DNA of 26,198 nucleotides from an uncultured Candidatus Saccharibacteria bacterium. GTDB lineage: Bacteria; Patescibacteriota; Minisyncoccia; Phycocordibacterales; Phycocordibacteraceae. Under the pieces are notes generated by a model that did no database searches, had not been told where the DNA came from, and saw only the letters and a list, made by a program, of their open reading frames with translations. Within the stretch, counting starts at the first letter, position 1, and each line of letters begins with the position of its first letter. This document shows positions 1 through 7,243 of the stretch, piece after piece. The DNA lies in the NCBI GenBank assembly GCA_964477415.1, contig CAYZDT010000001.1:1-26198 (forward strand), given 5' to 3'. The translations under genes and the position numbers were made by a program.

Positions 1-2356
1 CGGCTTCACGGTCGTACAGCGACGGGTCGAACGAGTCGCCGCTGATGTTCGCCTCGACGTAAATATTCTTATACACAGGCTCAACCGAAGGAACGACCGA
101 GACGATATTTGAAGTCGATGCGGTCGGCGCAATCGCCATGCAGTTACTGTTTCTCATGCCGTACTTTTTGACCGCGTCTCTAACGGGAGTCCAATCCATG
201 GAAGTCGTCCGTGCGACGTCTATCTTTTCTCCGCGTTCTTCTTCAAGAAGCGCGATGGTATCCAAAGGAAGGAGTCCGCGGTCCCATTTCGAACCTTTGT
301 ACGATTCGTACGCGCCGCGCTCTTTCGCCAATTCCGCCGACGCGAGAATCGCGTAGTAGGAAATGACTTCCATCGATTCGTCGGCGAATTTCACGCACTC
401 TTCGGATGCGAAGTTGATGTTGAGCTGGTACAGCGCGTCCTGGAAACCGCCGGCGCCGAGGCCCACGGGACGATGGCGCATGTTAGAGTTTCTGCCTTCA
501 ATCGTCGGGTAGAAGTTCAGGTCGATCACGTTGTCGAGCATGCGCATGCCGACCGTGACCGTCTCTTTCACTTTCTCGCGGTCCCACTGGCCCGCAGTCA
601 CGTGAACCGCGAAGTTGACCCAGCCGAGGTTGCAGACCGCCGTTTCGTCTTTCGAGTTGTTCAGCGTAATTTCGGTGCAGAGGTTCGAGTTGTGGACGAC
701 ACCGACATGGTCCTGCGGAGAACGGACGTTCGAGGGATCTTTGAACGTAATCCACGGATGGCCTGTTTCGTACAGCATCGCAAGCATCTTCTTCCACAAA
801 TCCATCGCTTTTATGCGGCGGAACATTTTTATCTTGCCTTCGTCCGCGGCCTTTTCGTATGCAGCGTACGCCTCTTCGAACTTCTTGCCGTAAATGTGGT
901 GCAAGTCCGGAGTCTCGTCCGGCGAGAACAGCGTCCACTGGCCGTCCTCCCTCACCCGCTTCATAAAGAGGTCCGGAATCCAGTTGGCGGTGTTCATGTC
1001 GTGGGTGCGGCGGCGCTCGTCTCCCGTGTTTTTACGCAGTTCAAGGAAGTCCTCGACGTCGTAGTGCCACGTTTCAAGGTAGACGGCGGTAGCCCCGCGG
1101 CGGCGACCGGAACGGTTGATGGCGACCGTAACGTCGTTTGCGATTTTCAGGAACGGAATCACGCCCTGGCTTGTTATGCCCGCCTTTTTGATAACCGCGC
1201 CCGTACCGCGGATATTGGTCCAATCGGTGCCGATGCCGCCGGCCCACTTGGACATCTGGGCGTTGTCGCCGTAGACCTTGAAGATGTTGTCCAGATCGTC
1301 GTCGACGGTATTGAGGTAACAGGAAGAAAGCTGCGCGCGCACTAGGCCCGAGTGGAACAACGTAGGCGTCGAAGGCACGAAGCGCAAAGTCGAGAGCATT
1401 TCATAGAAACGAATCGCCCACGCTTCGCGGTTTTCTTTTTCCTGAAGCGCAAGCCCCATCGCGACGCGCATATAAAGGAGCTGCGGCGTTTCCAAAGGTT
1501 TCTTTTCCTTTCCGCTTCTGTCCTGAATGAAGTAGCGGTCCGACAAGGTCGCGACGCCCATGTATTTCAACAATCGATCGCGCTCCGGACGCAGCGCGGA
1601 CGCGAGTTTCTGCAAATCAAAATTAATCATGCGCTCGTCCAAGACTTTCAAAGCAACCGCGCGCTTCACGTTCTCGACGAAGCCCGCACGGTACGCGGCG
1701 TCGAAATCGGCTGACACAATCGTGAGTCCGTCTTTGTTGAACGCGCGCGCATACAGAGAATTCAACAGAAGCTGCGCCGCAAGCTGGTTGTATGCGGGAT
1801 CGCGTTCAATCATCGAACGCACCACCATGATGAGCGTGCGCTCGATTTCGCCAGTCGTGATGCCGTCATACACTTCGCGCTCCACTTGGCGCACAATGCC
1901 GTCGATATCGATTGCGTTTTTGTATTCCGGAAGTATCGAATACTCAAGAGTCTTTCTCAGTTTTTCCGTCGAAAATATTTCCCGCTCGCCGTTCGCGCGC
2001 ATAATAAGGAGCGAACGGTCTTCAATCTTCTTTACTACCTCCTCCTGCTTCTCTTCGCGTATCTTCGCGTGTTCGTAGCGGTAAATAATGTACGACTTCG
2101 CGACGTCATAGAAGCCGCGCTGCATCAGAGAGTGTTCAACCAAGTCCTGCACCTCTTCAACCGAGGGAATCGCCGCCGTTCCGCCGTACTTCAGGCTGAT
2201 TGCGCCGATGACCGCCGCTCCGATTTCTTTCGATTCCTCCTCCTTGGCGTCATTCAGAACGTCAAGAAACGCTTTGGACACTGCCGAGGTTATTTTTGCC
2301 TCGTTGAAATCAACGATAGTGCCGTTTCGTTTCTTGATTTTCTGAAGTGTCGTCAT
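1..2356 (-). CDS. nrdA: Ribonucleoside-diphosphate reductase class Ia alpha subunit, two N-terminal ATP-cones; 3' end truncated by window edge
   Basis: Manual translation from ATG at 2356, open to the window edge: MTTLQKIKKRNGTIVDFNEAKITSAVSKAF (ATP-cone 1), IMRANGEREIFSTEKL (cone 2), PSTPTLFHSG, QLSSCYL, GRRRGATAVYLETWH, HNSNLCTEITL (N-x-C-x-E catalytic motif), TAVCNLG, MAIAPTAS. Not in the ORF track because it has no stop in the window. Confidence 0.96.
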   Translation of the reverse strand, partial: MTTLQKIKKRNGTIVDFNEAKITSAVSKAFLDVLNDAKEEESKEIGAAVIGAISLKYGGTAAIPSVEEVQDLVEHSLMQRGFYDVAKSYIIYRYEHAKIREEKQEEVVKKIEDRSLLIMRANGEREIFSTEKLRKTLEYSILPEYKNAIDIDGIVRQVEREVYDGITTGEIERTLIMVVRSMIERDPAYNQLAAQLLLNSLYARAFNKDGLTIVSADFDAAYRAGFVENVKRAVALKVLDERMINFDLQKLASALRPERDRLLKYMGVATLSDRYFIQDRSGKEKKPLETPQLLYMRVAMGLALQEKENREAWAIRFYEMLSTLRFVPSTPTLFHSGLVRAQLSSCYLNTVDDDLDNIFKVYGDNAQMSKWAGGIGTDWTNIRGTGAVIKKAGITSQGVIPFLKIANDVTVAINRSGRRRGATAVYLETWHYDVEDFLELRKNTGDERRRTHDMNTANWIPDLFMKRVREDGQWTLFSPDETPDLHHIYGKKFEEAYAAYEKAADEGKIKMFRRIKAMDLWKKMLAMLYETGHPWITFKDPSNVRSPQDHVGVVHNSNLCTEITLNNSKDETAVCNLGWVNFAVHVTAGQWDREKVKETVTVGMRMLDNVIDLNFYPTIEGRNSNMRHRPVGLGAGGFQDALYQLNINFASEECVKFADESMEVISYYAILASAELAKERGAYESYKGSKWDRGLLPLDTIALLEEERGEKIDVARTTSMDWTPVRDAVKKYGMRNSNCMAIAPTASTSNIVSVVPSVEPVYKNIYVEANISGDSFDPSLYDREA

Positions 2357-2700
2357 GGTCGGTTATATGGATCGCGTTATGCGACGATTAAGGGCGGATA
2401 ATTGATTGATAATCGTTGGGAATCGTTCGTCTCTGTTTCGCGTCGTTCGTCCTTTCGTATGAGTCTTTGAGTTGGAAGGTTATTCTAACTCTTTGAACGG
2501 ATGCGGATAGGAAAAAATCGAGAAAGTCGCCTGTGGAAAAAAGAGAATGCAATAAAAAAGAGCACTGTCAACGTCGTACGGAAACGAGCGCGAACTTCCC
2601 TGCTGTGAGAGGAAAGCTTTGTTGAAAAAAAATCTACAGGCGAATACCGATTTTCAGTTTTGAAACGAAAAAAACGGAACGCAAGAGCGGGCAGCGCGCA

Positions 2701-3660
2701 TCAGAGGCCGCCCGCTTCGGCGCCGGAGGAGTATCCGGCCGCGTCCGCCGCTTCGGCCAGCGAAAGACGCGAAAGAAACGCCGCCTGCAATGCGGGAATG
2801 TTTTCTTCAGCGCCTTTCCATGCCTGCATCGCGGGAATATGAAGGCTCTGGGAGAATGCAAACGAGATCGGCCACGAAAACGGCTCCAAACGGGAAAGCG
2901 CGTTCAAATACGAAGCGGCTTCTGCGGGTTCTAGAAGGTCGTCCGCGAGCATGACGCCTCCCAGAACCTGAGGCAACGACGATGAGAGAGCGCGGAGCGT
3001 GCGTTCGGCGACTTCGGAAGGTTTCGCGCGGAGCGGATTCAACAGCCCGGTGGCGGCGAACGTGCTTCGTATAATGATTCCTTTCAAATCAAGAGCGCCC
3101 GACTCAAGTCCGTCTGACAAAAGCGAAAGAAGTTCAACGAGAGCATCCTCTGCCTGCCCCGATGTGTGCGATCCGTCGGCGCGGACCTCAACGGAGATAA
3201 CGGGGACCGCGGAAAATTCCGCACACGCTTTTGCAAACGCAACAGCGGCCGTAATCCGATCCTTCAATGCGGCGTAGGCAGACTGCTGATTCGCTTCCCT
3301 CACAATGCGCGTGAGCGCGAATACCGCGCCCATCGAACGGAGCTCTGAAAGAAGCGAACGCGTATCTTCGTCTTCGCGCACAGAAACTCCGATGAGTATA
3401 TTTTTTTCTGAAAGAAGTTCGTGATACGGCATTCCATCCATTCCCGACGCGCGCAGCGCATCCGGCGAGAGCACGACGCCGGAAAGAAAACGTTCCGCGC
3501 CTTCAGTTGATAAAAGAGCGTCGCGAAACTTCTGCAGAGCGTTTTCCGTTTCGCATCCGCGCGCGGAAAGTTCCGCGGAAAGTTCCGCATCGGCGCGGTC
3601 GAAAATAAAAATTCCTCTTCCGTCTTTTATGAGCGAACGCGCTGTCTCGTTCTGGTTCAT
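2701..3660 (-). CDS. Class I fructose-bisphosphate aldolase-like protein with degenerate active site (probable pseudoenzyme)
   Basis: Colinear with the class I FBA consensus: GRGIFIFDR~GKGILAADE, FLSGVVL~YISGVIL, VPVISVEV~VPIVEPEV, WPISFAFSQSL~WPLTFSYGRAL, AWKGAEEN. Start placed at ATG 3660 (MNQNETARSL) because the 3696 start lies in a terminator hairpin and TGC-TATAGT sits 7 nt upstream of 3660. Confidence 0.8.
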   Translation of the reverse strand: MNQNETARSLIKDGRGIFIFDRADAELSAELSARGCETENALQKFRDALLSTEGAERFLSGVVLSPDALRASGMDGMPYHELLSEKNILIGVSVREDEDTRSLLSELRSMGAVFALTRIVREANQQSAYAALKDRITAAVAFAKACAEFSAVPVISVEVRADGSHTSGQAEDALVELLSLLSDGLESGALDLKGIIIRSTFAATGLLNPLRAKPSEVAERTLRALSSSLPQVLGGVMLADDLLEPAEAASYLNALSRLEPFSWPISFAFSQSLHIPAMQAWKGAEENIPALQAAFLSRLSLAEAADAAGYSSGAEAGGL

Positions 3661-3675
3661 GGCTTTCACTATAGC

Positions 3676-3703
3676 AAAAAGAAAAACGCTCACCATGAGC
3701 GTT
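3676..3703 (-). terminator. Intrinsic terminator-like hairpin
   Basis: Minus strand reads AACGCTC-ATGGT-GAGCGTT followed by TTTCTTTTT; lies downstream of the small ORF 3766-3939. Confidence 0.6.
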
Positions 3704-3714
3704 CATCCCCTGCC

Positions 3715-3749
3715 GGCATACCCCGATAAAAACAACAAAGGGGTATGCC
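3715..3749. repeat. Perfect 10-bp inverted repeat with 15-nt A-rich spacer
   Basis: GGCATACCCC (3715-3724) / GGGGTATGCC (3740-3749). Confidence 0.85.
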
Positions 3750-3765
3750 GTGTACTATGTTCTGA

Positions 3766-3939
3766 TTACCTGCGCTTAGCGTCTGACTTCTTGGCGAAAC
3801 TCTCGCCCCACGCAACCATTGCGCTGTAGAAATCAGCTCCAAACGGCTTCGGATTTGCGTGCGCTTCCTGCGCCGCCGTTATGCGCCGTTTGAGCGCGGC
3901 CAAATCGTCTCCTTTCTCAAGTGAACTGTTTATAGACAT
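3766..3939 (-). CDS. Small hypothetical protein, 57 aa
   Basis: Manual translation MSINSSLEKGDDLAALKRRITAAQEAHANPKPFGADFYSAMVAWGESFAKKSDAKRR*. Fills an otherwise empty gap and is followed by a hairpin and terminator; below the ORF-track length cut-off. Confidence 0.55.
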   Translation of the reverse strand: MSINSSLEKGDDLAALKRRITAAQEAHANPKPFGADFYSAMVAWGESFAKKSDAKRR

Positions 3940-4096
3940 ACTCTATGTGCTTGTTCTTATAAACTCGACCTCCGCGCGTTCCTCTATATATAATAAAACG
4001 CCCGGTTAAGACAGATTCGGGGAGCGGGTGCGCTCGAGGAGTCTGCTGGCGCCAATAATAGTCAGATTTTAAGCCGTGTCAAAGGGTTCTGCACTC

Positions 4097-4474
4097 CTAG
4101 AGAAGGCTCGATTTGTACCGTTCGGGCTCGTGTGCCCCCACGTATTCGATTCTGATGCCGAACTGCTTCAAATCGGGTTCCAGGGCCTGCTGATCGTATC
4201 CGAGAAATAGTACGTCCGGCTTCGTCTCCAAGACTATCTTCCACGAACCTGTGCGCTCGTCCCCTTTGACCACAGTGAGCGCCTGATTCCACTCGCACAA
4301 TGCGCGCATGCGTTCCTCCAAGTTCTGTTTCGGTTTTTTCCCTTTCAATAATTCCACAACCGCATCGGGAGCTACCGCAACGGTCAAATCATCACACTTT
4401 GATTCGGCCTCGCTTAAAAAATGCTTATGGCCTTCATGAAGAAAATCGAAAACGCCGAAGAGAAGCCCTTTCAT
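4097..4474 (-). CDS. Cytidylyltransferase-family nucleotidyltransferase (RibL FAD synthase / TagD-like)
   Basis: FGVFDFLHEGH (HxGH motif), LTVAVAPD, KPDVLFLGYDQ; ATGA overlap with the upstream peptidase. Confidence 0.85.
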   Translation of the reverse strand: MKGLLFGVFDFLHEGHKHFLSEAESKCDDLTVAVAPDAVVELLKGKKPKQNLEERMRALCEWNQALTVVKGDERTGSWKIVLETKPDVLFLGYDQQALEPDLKQFGIRIEYVGAHEPERYKSSLL

Positions 4475-5577
4475 AGCGAGAGATACGGAGCGCGGGTCAG
4501 CCGTTTCGCGCCGCCGCGGGTTACGACAACATCGTCTTCAATGCGTATCCCGCCGATATTTGCAATATAAATACCGGGCTCGTTCGACAACACCGTACCC
4601 GCCTGAAACGGATCTTTCGTGTAATCGTACGGATCATGCACATCGAGGCCGATTGAGTGCCCTAAGCCGTGAGTAAAATATTTCCCGTATCCTTTCGCCG
4701 TGAGGTAATCTCGTGCAGCAGCATCATACTTTTTCCATGTAATGCCGGGCTTGAGAATGCGAAATGCTTTTTTGTTCGCGGCGAGAGCGGCGCGATACAT
4801 GCCGGCCAGCTTTGCACTTGGTTTTTTGCCAGGCACGAAAATAGTGCGCGTCAAATCCGAACAGTATCCGCCCGGAAATACTCCGCCAAAATCAAGGACG
4901 ACGGGTTCGCCTGCGCGCACTTTTCGCACGCCCGTTTCATGATGAGGAATTGCTGAATGTTTCCCCGAGGCGACGATTGTTTTGAAACTGGGAGCCAGAG
5001 CGCCGCGCTTTAAATGCTCAATATCAAGCATCATCGCAATTTCCGATTCGCGCATCCCCTCTCGTATACGTTTTGAAACCGCAACAAACACATCGCTCGT
5101 TATTTTCGCGGCGCGCGCAAGGTTCTTCAACTCTTCCGCGTCTTTTATCTGCCGCATCGACTCGACGATGCCTTCGGTCGGGATAAGGCGTACGGGAAGC
5201 CGCTTCTTCCATGCTTTCAGCGCGGCGACGCTGACGCGTCCGGATTCAAATCCGATTCGCGCGCCTTTCTTAAGATTGAGCGCTCCGAGCGCGGTTTCTG
5301 CGTATGCAGAGAGTGCGGGACCGCGCACCATGCCCTTCGGAAGCTCAATGACGCGTGCGCCGCTCACCTCGTCCATTGCGCGCAAGGTATATCTCGCATC
5401 TACCGCAAGCGCAGCCCCTTTCATGCCGACCGCCAACACCCCCGTCGTACCCCCGAAACCGCTCATATAATAGGGGTTTTTGCTGCTCTCCTCGTCGGTT
5501 GCGAGGAGAATACCGTCAAGCGTGCGGGCTTTGAGAAGCGCGCGGAGGCGGGCCTGTCGTGCCTTGAAATTGAACAT
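4471..5577 (-). CDS. Xaa-Pro aminopeptidase/dipeptidase (M24B family)
   Basis: N-terminal creatinase-like domain, MRQIKDAEEL, IPHH, LDFGG..GYCSDLTRT, FTHGLGHSIGLDVHD, NEPGIY, GIRIEDDVVVT metal ligands. Confidence 0.93.
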   Translation of the reverse strand: MFNFKARQARLRALLKARTLDGILLATDEESSKNPYYMSGFGGTTGVLAVGMKGAALAVDARYTLRAMDEVSGARVIELPKGMVRGPALSAYAETALGALNLKKGARIGFESGRVSVAALKAWKKRLPVRLIPTEGIVESMRQIKDAEELKNLARAAKITSDVFVAVSKRIREGMRESEIAMMLDIEHLKRGALAPSFKTIVASGKHSAIPHHETGVRKVRAGEPVVLDFGGVFPGGYCSDLTRTIFVPGKKPSAKLAGMYRAALAANKKAFRILKPGITWKKYDAAARDYLTAKGYGKYFTHGLGHSIGLDVHDPYDYTKDPFQAGTVLSNEPGIYIANIGGIRIEDDVVVTRGGAKRLTRAPYLSL

Positions 5578-5581
5578 GATG

Positions 5582-6268
5582 CTACCAAGATACGCCGAGC
5601 CGCTTCAACTCCGCAACTAGCGCGGCTGCGTCGGTAAAAAGAATGCCTTTCATACCCGCACCGTGCGCGCCGTCGACGTTTTTTTGTCTGTCGTCGACCA
5701 TAACGGCTTCGGACGGAAGGATGCCGAGCATGGTGCACATAGTCTTGTAAATCTGCGGTTCAGGCTTCAGCATTTTATGCTCGGACGATATCAGGACTTC
5801 GTCGAACAAATCCCACGCATTGTGTTCCGCTATCACGTTCCGCAGATGCGACGAGGCGTTCGAGAGAAGCCCGATTTTATAGCGGGATTTGAGCGCACGC
5901 ACCAAAGACACGACGTCTTCGTTCAGCCTGCGCGCGTCTTTCATTTCTTGAATAACCTGAGGTGCGGTCTGGCCCGCTTCGCGCGCAAGCGCCGAAATAA
6001 GTTCTTCCTCCGCGTGTTCGCCGCGGTTTTCCCTGTCTATAAGATTCTGAAAATAATCTTTCCGATCCTCTATATCGGGAATATGGCGCCTCAGCCATTC
6101 CCAATACGCTTCGTGCGATATAACGCCGCCCCAATCGAATACGAGCGCGGAAATGCGGGATGACGCAGGCGCGGAAGTTTTTACCCGCATAAGAAAAAGC
6201 AGCGCGATATATATGTTCAGTACGACAAGCGCTGCGACGCCGCCGAATAAAATCGCGTAATCCGCCAT
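5582..6268 (-). CDS. HAD-superfamily hydrolase (subfamily IA, YihX-like) with N-terminal transmembrane helix
   Basis: VFDWGGV (motif I), LLSN (II), MLKPEPQIY (III), VMVDDRQKNVDGA (IV). Start at ATG 6268, with TATACT 6 nt upstream. Confidence 0.88.
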   Translation of the reverse strand: MADYAILFGGVAALVVLNIYIALLFLMRVKTSAPASSRISALVFDWGGVISHEAYWEWLRRHIPDIEDRKDYFQNLIDRENRGEHAEEELISALAREAGQTAPQVIQEMKDARRLNEDVVSLVRALKSRYKIGLLSNASSHLRNVIAEHNAWDLFDEVLISSEHKMLKPEPQIYKTMCTMLGILPSEAVMVDDRQKNVDGAHGAGMKGILFTDAAALVAELKRLGVSW

Positions 6269-6289
6269 GCGCGCAGTATACAAAAACTT

Positions 6290-6964
6290 TTAAGGCGCCG
6301 CGTCGGTAAAATCAGAATCGATCAGGCCTTTGAATTCGTCCGAATCGGCGCGAATTCCGGACTCGGCAAGACGCGCAGAGACGGCCGCAACGAACCCTCG
6401 CGAACCTGCTACATAAAAACGTGCGGACGGTACATTGCGTATTGCCGCATCTAACGCGCCGAAAAGCTCGGCGCGCCCTACGGCGGCGTATTCGTCCGCA
6501 AGCGGGAGGAGTTCGTCTTTATATATAAAGGCATGCGAGCTGACGTGAATGACGCGCACGCGTCCGCCTATCTTCTTTTGCGCTCGGTCGAGAAGCATCG
6601 AGCGAAACGGCGTAATGCCTACCCCGCCCGCAATCATTACCGAGTTATTCTCCGGCGCGGGCCAGGTCATATGCCCTTTTATTTTAAATAGAATTGCCGT
6701 ATCGCCTTCCCGCATTTCGGCAAGACGTTTTTGGTACGCGCTACCCGAGCGCATGTCTATTCCGAAACGTATGTACTCTTCATGGGGCGCCGACGCAAAA
6801 GAAAATTCGCGTACTGCGCGCGCCTCTGGCGGCAGGCCTAAAAGGCGGAGGTGGCCGTATTGACCCGCCGAGTATGATATCGGATGCTCGGAGCGGAATA
6901 GGAACGTGGACACGCCGTCGCCTTCATCTGCTACGGCGGTAAGCGTGAGTATGTCTTCAGGCAT
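6290..6964 (-). CDS. Ferredoxin-NADP reductase-like FAD/NAD(P)-binding oxidoreductase
   Basis: AGQY, REFSFASAP (RxYS-like FAD motif), MIAGGVGITPFRSML (NAD-binding). True start inferred at ATG 6964 (TGG-TATACT 9 nt upstream); the 462-aa track ORF extends into non-coding and antisense sequence. Confidence 0.88.
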   Translation of the reverse strand: MPEDILTLTAVADEGDGVSTFLFRSEHPISYSAGQYGHLRLLGLPPEARAVREFSFASAPHEEYIRFGIDMRSGSAYQKRLAEMREGDTAILFKIKGHMTWPAPENNSVMIAGGVGITPFRSMLLDRAQKKIGGRVRVIHVSSHAFIYKDELLPLADEYAAVGRAELFGALDAAIRNVPSARFYVAGSRGFVAAVSARLAESGIRADSDEFKGLIDSDFTDAAP

Positions 6965-7243
6965 GGGTTCATCAGTATACCAATGCAGAAAACTGAATTG
7001 TGAAAAACGCAGGTTGACATTTACACCGCGAAGACGCACCCTGAATTCTGGCTTCAGGATATCGATTGCACTGAAGCATTTTTTCGGAAACGGCGAGAGT
7101 ATCGGATCGGCACTGAGAAGCAATCGCACCGAAGTCGGAACGCGCATTCGCGTCAAGATATCTTTAGTCGGTAAGTTTTTCGGAAAAGAAGAAAGCGCGT
7201 GGCACGCTTTTCGGGAATATTCCCCTTCCGCTCCGACGGACCG

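Noticed and set aside
138-2401. Plus-strand ORFs of 72-290 aa (e.g. 473-1345)
   Set aside because: Antisense shadows of nrdA, which occupies the minus strand; no motifs of their own.
2357-2700. NrdR box
   Set aside because: No match to the acaCwAtATaTwGtgt-type palindrome by eye.
7105-7165. TPP or SAM-I riboswitch (CTGAGA; AAGATA)
   Set aside because: The remaining conserved cores (TPP ACCUGAU..UAAU; SAM-I AUC-AAGAG/GCAACC) are absent.
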